Of a stretch of DNA of 64,000 nt, positions 24,645 to 36,795 are shown piece by piece (the stretch's first letter is position 1; every line of letters begins with the position of its first letter). Source of the DNA: Squalus acanthias (taxonomy: Eukaryota). The position numbers and the translations under genes were made by a program. The notes under the pieces are model-generated. The model was not told where the DNA came from and did not search any database. It saw only the letters and a list, made by a program, of their open reading frames with translations. Where the stretch lies: positions 130,016,001 through 130,080,000 of the forward strand of contig CM059431.1 in the NCBI GenBank assembly GCA_030390025.1, written 5' to 3'.

Positions 24645-25776
24645 GTATCCAGGTCCTTCTTAGGACATCCCTGCTGTTGACCTCCTCAGCAATTTGGAGC
24701 CAGGTCCTTTTTGGTCTCTTGGGCAGGTCTATTCCGCCCGTCAGCAGGGAAGACGACCTCCCTGCGTGTTCTGACTCCCTCCACAAGAATATGTAGGGAG
24801 TCATTGGAAAAGCGGGGTGTAGCCTTTGTGAACTCATGTTTCTATTTGTCAGCAACAACACTCTCCTCTCCAATACTCCCTCCACACTCCTTCATGAACC
24901 TACAAATACAATGTGGCCAAGGCTGCTTCAAATAGCCCCGCTGGAAATGAGTCATCGATGACGCAATCAGACCCGCACCGTTTAATAGGGCCGGGAAACG
25001 CGCATGTCTGCCTAAATAGGGGCCATTACGCTAAAGTCGCCCTGAAGAGTGGGTTGATCAATACATCGCGGTACCGACCCGCTACGCGGCCTGCACACAC
25101 CCGACCCGGTAGGGAAAATCCCGGCCCTTATATCTGTGAATACTTCCTGTCAACTTTTCCCGTTAATAATTCCTATGTCCATGTTTATATTGGAAACTGC
25201 CTATGTAAGCTTGTTATACTGTAATTATATTCTGCCTCCATTGGAGCTGCTGCATAACCACTACTAGTGGTAGGATGGAATTATAGTGTGACAAATTTAC
25301 AGCGGCAGATTTCATGATAGATGTGGCCTTAGGAATTAATAATTAATATTTAAATGAACAGAATGTATGACTTTTAAATGGAACACCCTAGTCCAATTAA
25401 TCCTCTCCCCTGCAACCAAATCACATCTGAAGTCTACATTTGGTCTTAACTCTCCAGGGGTAATTGAAACTCACCCAATGTTGAAGAAAATCTCCAAGTG
25501 TAAAATAAGCTGCTGATTCGTTATCACCCATTTTTTAGCAGGCGACAAAAGTTAATATTACACCAGCTCCCCCAGTGTGCAATACCATGGGACATCAACT
25601 AGTAATTACTGCGTATGTTCACACTGCCAAAATACTTCTTGATTTCAAGTTATTTAAAATTTGAAGTTTCCATTGTAATTTTCTGAAAACTATGCAAATC
25701 AGGATCTGCTGCAAACCACATTGGTTTTCATGGAATGTCATGAAAACAAACAGTTTGGACAACAGAAAAGGATTAT

Positions 25777-26416
25777 GGCCTAGAGTTTGCGCTAGTATTA
25801 TCAGTGCAAAAATAGATGCAATCAGTTGAACCAGCGCAAAAGATTGGAAAATTTTAAATGTAAGTTACACCAAGCATAAATCGAGTTTCCATGATAACGC
25901 TGGTTTAAAAATCATTTCGCCCGAAGCCGGTCCCTTCCACAAAACAGGCCTCGCCCCCAGATCGGAATAATGAGGATGATGACTTTCTACAGATTGCACC
26001 CGTTCGAGAAGGCTCTTCAAATTGAGCTTCTTTTCTTAGGTGCACAGGCTCTAGTAGGCATGTTTTCAAAGTTTTTACTTAATTTACTAAGAAACTGATG
26101 AGTATACACCAATGAAACTAGTAAATAGTTCAGTATTTTTTTGAAGTCTTATTTTTGGTGATAAACCCACTTTCAGCTGTATTAATAAAACAGCACCACA
26201 TTACCACTCTTAAATACAGCAAGGAATAGTTTTTAATGCAAAGAAAAATAATAACCAATTCCAGTCTATTACGCTGACCGATTGCACTGGTTCATGAAGG
26301 ATTTTATGTTTGTGATTATACAAATGAGTTTGGCTGGAAACTTGAACCAATTCAGGAAAATCAGCACAATTTGCGTTCAGTTTCCCGATTGTGCCCAAAG
26401 CAGAAACTCTTTACCT
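25777..26416. mobile_element. Degenerate MITE-like element
   Basis: Imperfect terminal inverted similarity (GGCCTAGAGTTTGCGC ... GCAGAAACTCT), AT-rich core. Confidence 0.35.
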
Positions 26417-28454
26417 CTACATTCAGAAATAATATGAGACAATGATGTTTATTTTGAAAGATTGAACAGTTAGTTAATTGCTCTGAAATTTTAAAGGTAT
26501 AAATTTGCAAAGAGCCTCAAATTTTACTGAAGTAATGACATTCGCTCAGTCATTTCAAAGGTGGCAGATAAAATGCAAATATTCTGTATTGTTACACTGA
26601 AGACCAGTTTGAAGAACTTTTTAAGTGTCTAATTCACATGAAAATGTTAGATTTAAGTGTTTCATATTTAGCTAGGAGTTTAAAACCCTCTAAAACCTTG
26701 AGGATAAATTTGTTTTAGCCAGTAAAGTTGCCGGTGTTAATGGTCACTGGAAATGGCCACAACGCGATGGGAACAAAATTGATCTGGGGGGAATGGAGAT
26801 TGTTGGCGCAGCACTTACCTTCCATGCAACGCCGTCTTGGTGGCGTTGCTGGAGGCATCCGAGGCAAAGTTTCTGTCCAGGCATTGCAACTTCCCACAGC
26901 CTCTGGAAGTGTGGATGTGGAGCTCGTAAGGAATTCTGGGTAATGAAGAGACCTGAGAATTAAAGGGGCCATGCACACTGAAGCAATACAAATTAAAATG
27001 AAGTGAAACAATGCAGTTTTCAGCCCTTTCTGCCTTTTAAAAAATATTTAACATTAAAAAGAAGTCCCAAATGCGAATATTCAGCTCTTAAAGCTGAATT
27101 CCCTTCCTAACCTCAAAAAATGGAAAAAATGATTAAGCACTAACACAAATGGCTCAGCAAGCCAGGAAAGCGGCATCCAGGGTCTCACATGCAGCACTCC
27201 AGCTTTGCAACAATGACCAGGAGGCCCTCCAGAAAGAACGATGTGGGACCACATCGCCGAGGCCGTCAATGTCAGCAGTGTCGCCCCAAACACCTGGCTC
27301 CAGTGCCCAAAGAAGCTTCATGACCTCAGACCAGTGGTCAAGGTCAGTGAATGCATCTTCAAAAGCCGTCTCCTACCAACTGCACCACTACCCTGGCAAC
27401 TGGAGTTAACGGTCACTCAAAATGCTATGTGGTTTTTCCCACTGTATTTCTCTGCAATGATGTAACACTGAAGTCTGGTTCCCCTCCATTTATCAAAATG
27501 TAGGTAATATTCATTGTGCCTTATTTTGATTACTTTTCTACTTCAACTTGAAATATTGTAAATCAATTTCCCCAGACCTGAGCCAATGGTGTTCAAAGGA
27601 GGAAAGCAGTCATTGCCTGTATACCTCTACCATTGCCCATAGTATGATATTGCCATTGATAGAGTGGGGGGAAATCCACTCATGCTAATGTATGTGTGGC
27701 TAGCGTATCCAGTGATACTGTCATATTTATGTAGTGATGTACAGTTTATTGTTGTCATAATCAGGAGCCCACATTTCATTATTTTCTTCCCTCGTTTGCA
27801 GAAAAAAATTAAAAAGAAATTTAATTTAAAAAAAATACAATCAAGGTTGGATAGCTCTTTGTCAGCCGGCACGCACAAGATGGGCCGAATGGCCTTCTCC
27901 TGTGCTGTAAATTTCTATGATTCTATAATAGACTCACACACTGCTCAATGCACGACCCCCACCCTCAATCAATCACCTACCAACAACCTGCACCAATCAC
28001 GAGGCACATCTCCCATTGCTAGCCTCACCTCACCCCCTTGGAGGAGACGGTGCAGGCCATTCTTGGCAGGGGCATGGCTGAGCCCTTGGCCAGCGGCGGG
28101 GCTGAAAGGATACAAGATACTGGTATCCGCATATGTTATCTTCCTTCTGGCATGCACCTCATGCTTTCCCGCCCTCCCCTCACCACAACTCCACCCTTGT
28201 GCCTTCCTCATTTCACACACCCAAGAAATGCAGCCTGCCCAGCCAGGGATGTCAAGAAGAGGGAGAGGAAAGTGAAGAAGAACAAGGAGAAGGAGATTGA
28301 TTTGACACACCCACCCACCAGCTCTTCAAGGTCAACCAGCAAGGACATCTGCAGTGTCCCCCACTGAAAGTCAGTAGCCTTCCACCAGCCATGCTGCAGC
28401 CACTGGGGAAGCACTGCGTGACATCAGTAGGATAGGCAAAGGCACACACAAAAT

Positions 28455-28747
28455 AGTCAGGATAAGTGGTAAGCCATTTAGGACTGAGATGAGGAGGAAT
28501 TTCTACACCCAGAGAGTGGTGAACCTGTGGAATTCTCTGCCACACAAGGCAGTTGAGGCCAATTCATTAAATATATTCAAGAAGGAGTTAGATATATTTC
28601 TTAAGGCTAAAGGGATCAAGGGATATGGGGAGAAAGCAGGGACAGGGTACTGAATTTGGATGATCAGCCATGATCTCATTAAATGGCGGAACAGGCTCGA
28701 AGGGCTGAATGGCCTACTCCTGCTCCTATCTTTTATGTTTCTATGTC
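28455..28747 (+). mobile_element. CR1 3' fragment
   Basis: KPFRTEMRRNFYTQRVVNLWNSLP...KGYGEKAGTGY, conserved stem-loop and TATGTTTC tail. Confidence 0.9.
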
Positions 28748-29124
28748 ACTAAGAGAATGCATACGGGTGATGAGTTGATTTTTTGATATCACATTGAATG
28801 GATAGACGTATATAGGTGGATTGAAATGTTTGCTTTGTGGTGGCTTTTATTTCAGCATCGTGGCCAAGAGGACGTGTGATGGTCAGTAACAGATGATAAG
28901 GTGTGGGACAAATGTTGAAAGGGGAATTGGGGTTGTGGTCAATGGGACTGCAGGCGGATGATTCCATCCCAGATATTACGGCCACAAAGGGGTTGCCTGG
29001 GATGCATCCTTCCGTCTGCTTCCTCCTTTTCTGATTCCTCCTTTTCGGATTCCTTCTCTTCGGATTCCTCCTCTTCTGTGTCTTCCTCTTTCCTTTGCAA
29101 GCGGATGCTGTAAATGTGAAATGA

Positions 29125-29240
29125 CAGCACAAAATCCTGGAAATACTCAGCTGGTCAGGCAGCCTCTTGACCTGAGATGTGAAATCTGTTTTTCTCTCCA
29201 TGGATGTTGCCTGACCTGCTGAGTATTTGCAGCATGTTCT
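29125..29240. mobile_element. Older PLE pLTR fragments in inverted arrangement
   Basis: CTGGAAATACTCAGCTGGTCAGGCAGC followed by the reverse-complement-like GTTGCCTGACCTGCTGAGTATTTGCAG. Confidence 0.65.
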
Positions 29241-32200
29241 GTCTTCTCAAAGGCCTTCATTTACCTTCCGAGCCCTTGCAAGCATCCAGCAGCACTCACT
29301 ACACATTTGAAAAACTTTTAACATCTATTGCAGCAAGCCAGCACTTCAATAAAATCACAAAAACCCAAACTTACCTGAATGATGTGTCTGTCCCTTTAAG
29401 ACGTGCAGACATCGCCACTGTCAGCCTGCTTGCATGCCAGGTTAATCTGGCGTGCTTAAGACCCAGCGCTGAATTCAGCGCTAGGGTCGAAGTTTGCGCT
29501 TGTGACGTAAAGTCGGCATTGCATGCCAATTTACGTCACAACGCCGCCACTTTCTCCAGCATGGCGCTGCCAGTTACCAGCAGCGCAAAGGTAAGCACAA
29601 AAACGGCGGACGCCATGGGAACCACCAGCAGCTGCTGAAAGAGCGGCGGCGGCCGTTTTAGCGCCATTTAATGGTGCTACGGAGTGGCGCTCAGGCCACG
29701 AATTTCTAGCCCTTAGTGTTTAAAGATCACTGCAGAATAATCTGAGTTAGCCACTCTGTTTTGTAAACATGAATTTCTGGTTTGCACACTATTCAGAAAC
29801 TTGTCTTTAGATACTGCAAGTCATTAGTCACAAAGGAATTTCCTGTCATACATATTTCTAAATTAATTCTTTATATTTAAAAAAAAACACACCATATAGC
29901 ACACTTTAGACTGTTCCCTTTAGGGCAAATAGTTTTGACAGTTTAAATGAAAACCAGAAATTTCTGGCAACATATGGCTTTTACAGTTCAAATCTAAATC
30001 CACATAAACATTTCCGACCATCATTCAGAAAAATCTAGAGTTGAAGAACTTACATATATTTAGTGGACTTGTAAATGTATGTTGCATAAAACTAAAAGCT
30101 AATTTTTCTTTTAGAAGAATTTGTGTATCACTTGGTAAATATTTGTCTTCTACAACTGGACTCTTAAGAGCCCTGTTCAGCGTTATGGCCCCCTGTAGCT
30201 GCATGTCAGTCCAGACAGGGAGCCATTTAATTAGGTAATTCATGTCACATAGCAGTTAGGCCATCCAGCCTTCCGGGCAAAGAGCTTTCTGGATAACCTC
30301 CAGGGAGTCTGATAGCTTGAGACAGAATTATCCCATGGATACTAAGGTCTTGCAAAGGAAATTGTTTCCAGTAATCTTACAGAGCCGACTATTTGATTAC
30401 TATTTGGTATAGATAGGTAGTGAGATATTTCAACAGCTGCATTACGCAAATGTTAACCTGATATTAAAGCATCTTTTTTGCTGTCGGTTGCTGGTAAAAG
30501 TAAATTTAATGAGCATAATCTTTTGAAAGTAGTGTTAAAATTATAGGCAAGAGCAGGCAGTGAGACGGTAAGGAGGAGAAAAAATGAGGGTTACCACCCA
30601 TCTAGCAGTCATGTTTTCAAATAAGCTGCCTTGTAATCAGCTTTTAAAATCTGGGCAGTAAAAGTCCAGTTTTGGAGAGGGAGGAGAAGCATTCCAGAAG
30701 AAAAATTGCCCTGTGTAATCATAGTGCAAAAATACTTTGTGTAGTTCGCATTTGCAGACTAGCAGACCACAAGCAGGGGGCAAACAGCTTGTTTTGTGGT
30801 GTACTGACTCAGTGAACCCACACTTTGGAATGGGCAAATGCCAGTAATGGGTGACAGCTGTAGTTAGAGCGAGAGAAGGAGGGGTGCCTGGAAAGCATGA
30901 GCTGCTGTAGATTTGCCAAGTTCAAGAAAATTTCAGGCACCCAAGTGTAGTTGACGACCAGGCAGGAGTGAGTTTCTGGCAACATAACTTGAAGGTGCTC
31001 TTTTTAACTGCAGGCAAGCAAATGGTTAAAAAAATTAAAATCCAACAAAGTATGATCTAAAACATTATAGCACTTTTTTACAGCGTAAAAAGAGCATTCC
31101 TGCTCAGCACACAAATCATGTACATGGGTCTTCGATCAGCATAACACCCTCAAAGCTACTTTAAAATAATGATTTTTATTTCTGTTAAAAGAACTACATA
31201 CACAGTGGTTTCTTTTTATTGCTTAAGTTGCCATATTTTTAGTGCTGTCTTTGCCTGGACATATATTTTTCTATACTGCACTCTTGAGGCTTCTTACTAT
31301 ACCTCTTCAAAAGGCATATACCCTTCTACAGAGCCTTGTGCTTCCTGCTCTGGCTTTGGAATCTGCATACACATGATCTCCTAGGAAGAAAGATGTGGTT
31401 TTCAAATGGGGATAATTTTTATTCAATGTTAAAACTAGTTGCAAATATTTAATTTTATTATTTGGTTTGGAAGCTGTGACAAAGTGCTGCTGAAACCACT
31501 TTATAAATGATCTGCGTACCACCTTATCTGTCATGTTGGTAGGAATACTGGGTGGAATCAAATCTTTTTCTGCCTGGTGAGTCATGAGGACCATTACCCT
31601 AATTTTATTGTGGTAGATTTGACACATATCTCCTGCTGTTATTGGGAAGGACCCGGGTGCCAAAACAATCCAAGGCAGCCATCGTCTTGACAACCACTGA
31701 TAGCATGTAATGCTTGCATTTCCACCCATTCATTGTGCTGCAGGCTTTGGGCAGGCTCATGTTGATGTGTTTACTTTAGTCCCTCTAATATCCCAGGCAC
31801 AACATTCAACTGTACATGTAGCCAGAAACCTTGCTAAAAACAGGCTCCTTGCCATTGCCCTCAGCTTTACTTGCACACCATGAAGAACACTGCTGTACTC
31901 CTCAACGACATGAATATGGACTTTTCCAAATTAACTCTTACAACATCTTACAGCTCTAGTTGAGACAAACTTTATGAATTCTACCAGTGTGTGGAGCAGA
32001 TGTGCGCAATGTGTTTCACCCAGATGCTTGCTGTTTGTTACCGTGCATAGTGTATGTCTTCCACCTCCTTACTGTATGCTTCCTCTAAGAGTTTCTCCAT
32101 TTGGAAGAGGAAATTAGTGGATGGCTGCAGCATGCCAGTGTCTACCTCCAGGGATGGAGGTTCAGTACCTCCTTGTGCTAGGGCAGTAGTTAGCCCTCAA

Positions 32201-33048
32201 CTATGGGCGGCAGATATATCAATGTGGTGGCTGCCTGGGCATTGTACTATCGGGCACATCTGAGCATTTGAGTGGAATGGAGATACAGATGAGGCATTGC
32301 AGTAATATACATCTCCATCATTTGTGTCAGCTCTTGTCATTACCCTGCTGTTGGGCACTTCTTCAGCATGACCAAGATCTGTGCAGGAACATCTCAATAT
32401 CATTCCCTGACCTGGTGAATCCGGGCAAAACAGGCTGCTATAGATTGGAGTTCAAGATCTCTAGAGCTGCAGTCAAGAAAGCTATCACTCAGCTTATGAT
32501 CTCAGCAGAGGGCCCTGAAATGGCTGTGCTCTTCATGATGATCTGCTGCTCGGCCAGGCAGCACTGCACAGATTCAGGTTATAGACTCTTCCATAAGCAT
32601 CCCCCAAACTGTGCAGACTGCTTGGCACACTCTGAAATGACTGCATGAACTGCTGATGCTGAGCTACCAAGTTGAATTTGTAGGCAGGTCATATGAGGTC
32701 CAAATCTCTGGGCTCAGCTGCTGAAGGAGTGTTGATCTGGCCTTCCAGTCAGCAGGTTATATCTCCTCCAATTGCACCTGCACTTGTTTCTTGTCACTTG
32801 CGATCAGTAAAGCATAAGGTGACTTTCACCTGCAACTCATTAATGAGCTCCTTGGATTGGATGTATCTGAGCTGGTGCTTATATCTGCAGAGATGAGTGG
32901 TACAGGGTTCAAGGAAGTGCTGGATAAGAGCTCACATTCCCTTCTGGGGTCTCTTGGGAACGGATCGGATCAAGAAAAGACGATTTGTTACAATGCTGGT
33001 GGTAAGGCACCACTGCAAGCACAACTTATCTGGTAAGATATTGTAAGG

Positions 33049-33131
33049 AATAACAACAGAAAACATTGGAAAAACTCAGCAGGCCAGGCAGCATCCGTTA
33101 TTTCAGATTTCCAGCATCCGCAGTATTTTGC
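33049..33131. mobile_element. Tiny PLE insertion with internal inversion and 15-bp TSD
   Basis: TSD TAAGATATTGTAAGG at 33034-33048 and 33132-33146; two pLTR pieces in opposite orientation, both matching 16302-16380. Confidence 0.85.
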
Positions 33132-33889
33132 TAAGATATTGTAAGGTAAGGTAAGCATGTGTAACAGTAAATGAATGGGTGAGTAAGGATGAAAAAATAA
33201 TAAGTGAGGCATGTTACTATGGTAATAGCCCCTGACCTCCCCCTCCTCCACTCCCGCAATTGCCTCTATGTCCAGAACCTCCAAGGCCCGCTCCTCAAAA
33301 GGAATTGAGGGTTGCAGGCTAGGTGCCTTCTTCTCTGTCCATCCCTCACTCCCCTGCATTTGCTAGTGCCGGTTACATGTGGAATATGAGTGAAGTTATG
33401 TGTCACCTAAGTGTCCAGACTAATAGCCACTTTATGTGAGTTGTGCATATATGCAGCATGCAAGTACCTGAAGTGGTTAATATGCTCCATGTTTGTTGCT
33501 TGATACATTTCATGACAAATATCATAGTGACTGCAATCTTGGTAAAACACAGGTATGCCTGTCCATTTAGAAAGTACATGAACAGTTGCCAGAGTGCTAT
33601 GTATTCTTCCTCTTTGTTGCTACATCAAGCATGTTGCAAATTGCTGGTAACATTGTAAAGCAACATTGTAAAATGGGAATACTTGGCAACCTATCGGAAA
33701 TTTGGTACACGTGAGACAGCATTTAATAATTCTGGCATCTCTATGTGGTTGCATTGGTGCTGCCCTACACTGAAAGATAACCATCAGTTCTAAAAAGGAG
33801 CAATACCTCCAAAACTGCTTCATTGAATGGAGTTATTCTTTTCTCCCTCACTTTAGTTGCAGGGCAGTTTTAAGGGCAACTAGTAGCAT

Positions 33890-34650
33890 GTAAACAGCAT
33901 GGATTTGTGAAGGATAGATCATGTCTCACTAATCTAGTTGAATTTTTTGAGGAGGTCACTAGCATGGTAAACATAGAAACATAGAATCTAGGAGCAGGAG
34001 TAGGCCATTCGGCCCGTCGAGCCTGCTCCGCCATTCAATACGATCATGGCTGATCATCCAAATCCAGTACCCTGTCCCTGCTTTAATCCCCACAGTACAC
34101 ACATCCCACCCTACCCCCGTAACCCCACGTATTTAATTCCCTCTAACATATCCCATCCTATCCCCATAACCCCACATATTTAATCCCCCCCTAACACTAA
34201 GGGTCAATTTTTTTATCATAGCCAAATCAACCTAACCCGCACATTTTTGGACTGTGGGAGGAAACCGGAGCACCCGGAGGAAACCCACGCAGACACGGGG
34301 AGAATGTGCAAACTTCACACAGACAGTCACCCAAGGTCAGATTCGAACCCGGGTCCCTGGCGCTGTGAGGCACCAGTGCTAACCACTATGCCACCGTGTT
34401 GCCCAGGTAGATAGGAGACTGTCTATGGATGCTGTAGCATCCAATTGTCTCTTAAATGATTGCAGGGTTTTTGCCTCCACTACTCGTTTTGGGAGTCCAC
34501 CCTATATGTTGATCACACTGTGTGAAGAAGAATTTCCTGATATTACTCCTAAATTTGCCTCTTACTATTTCAACCTGTGTCCCCTGGTTCTACTCTCACC
34601 ATTTACTTTATAGTAATATTCTGAATTTGTCTTTTCCATACCACCAGCTC
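33890..34650. mobile_element. Old CR1 fragments (+ RT 33890-34435 split by a SINE; - 3' part 34436-34650)
   Basis: QHGFVKDRSCLTNLVEFFEEVTSMV|DR..MDA on plus; GESRTRGHRLK..FFFTQ on minus. Confidence 0.75.
33970..34405 (-). mobile_element. HE1-like V-SINE with an alternative CR1-derived tail
   Basis: tRNA head and V-domain (GGGTTTCCTCCGGGTGCTCCGGTTTCCTCCCACAGTCCAAA) as at 56920; tail matches CR1 3' end at 28634-28747; GGTA TSD (33966-33969 / 34406-34409). Confidence 0.88.
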
Positions 34651-34726
34651 CTGTGTGCACCTGCATTGGGCAGAATTGTGGTGTATTCTGGGGTAATCTT
34701 AGATTTAGACATAGGCAGGGAGGAGC

Positions 34727-34828
34727 ACTCGCTGTGTGGATGCACAAAGTCTGGTGCATATCTGCGTAGAACAAAATACTCGCTGTGTGGATGCACAAAG
34801 TCTGGTGCATATCTGCGTAGAACAAAAT
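34727..34828. repeat. Perfect 51-bp tandem duplication
   Basis: ACTCGCTGTGTGGATGCACAAAGTCTGGTGCATATCTGCGTAGAACAAAAT x2. Confidence 0.95.
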
Positions 34829-34919
34829 TTCAGGTATTCTGGGGTGAGTTCAGAACACAGGCCAGCTATCAATGTAAGCACTGATTCCTGTCAGTAAACG
34901 CTGGCATGCAGACATAGTG

Positions 34920-35497
34920 CCAGCGGAGAGAGCGGGACCAGAGGAGGAGCGGCAGAGTTAAAAGCAGCTAGCTGGGAGCGGATGGACCTGTGGGGGGGGC
35001 GGGGGGGACAGAAATCAAAGTGTGACGTCACAGGAAAGCAGGTAAGTGATTGGTTGGTGAGTATTTCTCTTTCTCTTTTTCTCTAAACTATGGCATTGGT
35101 TTAAATTAAGAGCCGTTATTATAGATTAAAAACTATACACAGATAATTGAGTGATATTTCAAAACTTGCAAACCTAATTAGTTAAATAAAATACAATAGA
35201 GATGGCAGGGCAGGTGATGTGTTGCAGCTGTAGCATGTGGGAGCTGGTGGACCCCAGTGTGATCCACAGCAACCACATCTTGCAGTAAATGTCTGCAGCT
35301 CGAGGAACTTTGGCTCAGAGTTGATGAGCTGGAGTCCGAGCTTCGGACACTGCGATACATCAGGGAGGGGGAGAGTTACCTGGACACTTGGTTCCAAGAG
35401 GCAGTCACACCCCTTAGGTTAAATACTTCAAATTTGGGCTGTGATCAGGGACAGGAGGGTGTGACTACGAGTGAGGCAGGTATGGGGATCCAGAAGG
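34920..35497 (+). mobile_element. CR1 5' UTR and ORF1 N-terminus
   Basis: MAGQVMCCSCSMWE...CSKCLQLEEL (zinc finger/leucine zipper), homologous to 58172-58460 and 42319. Confidence 0.85.
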
Positions 35498-36409
35498 TTC
35501 GAGGTTTAGCATAACTTCCCTACTTTTCAATTCTATCCCTCTTGAAATAAACCCTAGTGCTTGGTTTGCTTTTTTTATGGCCTTGCTAACCTGTGTCGCA
35601 ACTTTTAGTGATTTGTGTATTTGTACTCCTAGATCCCTTTGTTCCTCTATCCTACCTAGACTCGTACCTTCCAAGTGATAAGTGACCTCGCTATTCATCC
35701 TACCAAAATGTAATACCTCACATTTATCTGTGTTGAACTTCATTTGCCAATTGTATGCCCATTCTGCAAGTTTATTAATGTCCTCCTGTAACTTGTTGCA
35801 GTCCTCCTCAGCATTGATTAGCCCCCCCAATTTGGTGTCATCCGCAAATTTAGAAATTGTGTTTTTGATTCCTAAGTCTAAATTGTTAATGGAAATTGTG
35901 AACAGCAGTGGTCCCAGCACTGATCCTTGTGGAACACCACTACCCACCTTCTGCCACTGTGAATAGCTACCCTTTACTCCTACTCTCTGCTTTCTATCCT
36001 GAAGCCAGCCAGCAATCCATTCTGCTACTTGTCCCCTGACTCCGCATTCTCTGACCTTGTTCATCAGTCTATTATGGGGTACCTTATTGAAGGCCTTTTG
36101 AAAATCTAGATAAATTATATCTACTGCATTACCATTGTCTACTCTCTCTGTTACCTCCTCAAAAAATGCAATAAGGTTGGTCAAGCAAGACTTTCCCTTT
36201 TGAAATCCGTGTTGACTATTCATTATTATATTTTTGGTTTCTAGATGTTCTTCTATTTTCTCCTTTAGTAGGGATTCCATTACTTTTCCTACCACCGATG
36301 TTAAGCTGACTGGTCTATAGTTCCCTGGACATGTTCTATCCCCCTTCTTAAAGATTGGTATTATGTTAGCTGTCTGCCAGTCCTCTGGCACTATACCTTT
36401 TTCTAACGA
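35498..36409 (-). mobile_element. CR1 RT fragment lacking its 3' end
   Basis: ORF 35465-36391 ([27 protein letters not shown]) truncated at REVMLNL. Confidence 0.92.
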
Positions 36410-36795
36410 TTTTTCTAACGTTTCTTGGGAGCCACTGAGAGTTGTGGGACACCTATTGGAAAAAAAAGAGGAACATCATAGGATACTGACTGCACGACAT
36501 TCCTTCAAATATTGATAAACGGTGGCACAGCATTGTGTCTGGAGGGCAGTGAGTGAATAAGGTAAGAAGAAGGAACACTGGAAGGATGGTATGAGCCCTG
36601 TGCTCGGAGGAGACTTCAAGTTCTTTCTCCCCAACTGCTTTATGAACTCTGTGCTTATTATTCCCAAAAAGGCCTATTTGAATGCACTCAAGGGCTTAAT
36701 GTTGCTCGTCTCTCCTCCTGTGTGAATCTACTTCCTTCTGTTTTGCTGCCTTGTTCTATAAGCAGAGAAGCAATATGAACATTATGGAAATGCCA

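Larger units (their letters stand above)
21480..24836 (-). pseudogene. Harbinger Myb/SANT-like DNA-binding protein gene, multi-exon, disrupted
   Basis: KATPRFSNDSLHILVEGV...WLQIAEEVNS..RTWI [CR1 insert] QCRKRFNDL then GTGAGT donor at 23113; acceptors before 22784 and 22484; EGQQEMQEAL split by mini-SINE. Confidence 0.75.
19403..25126. mobile_element. Full-length, decayed PIF/Harbinger DNA transposon
   Basis: TIRs GGCCGGAATTTTCCC (19403) / GGGAAAATCCCGGCC (ends 25126); CTT on both flanks (19400-19402, 25127-25129); convergent transposase and Myb/SANT genes. Confidence 0.88.
26700..29712. mobile_element. Second, more decayed Harbinger-derived element
   Basis: Myb-like fragment WDHIAEAVNVSSVAPNTWLQCPKKLHDL + GTCAGT donor (27241-27350, +); acidic tail on minus strand ~28950-29100; right end GAATTTCTAGCCC resembles other TIRs here; left end uncertain. 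Confidence 0.6.

Noticed and set aside
27664..28275. 203-aa ORF
   Set aside because: Crosses AT-rich DNA, a CR1 tail remnant and Harbinger relic; no recognisable domain
30640..33000. Possible highly decayed Harbinger remnant
   Set aside because: Only a faint resemblance to the Myb-gene C-terminus near 32540-32660; no TIR pair or catalytic motif confirmed
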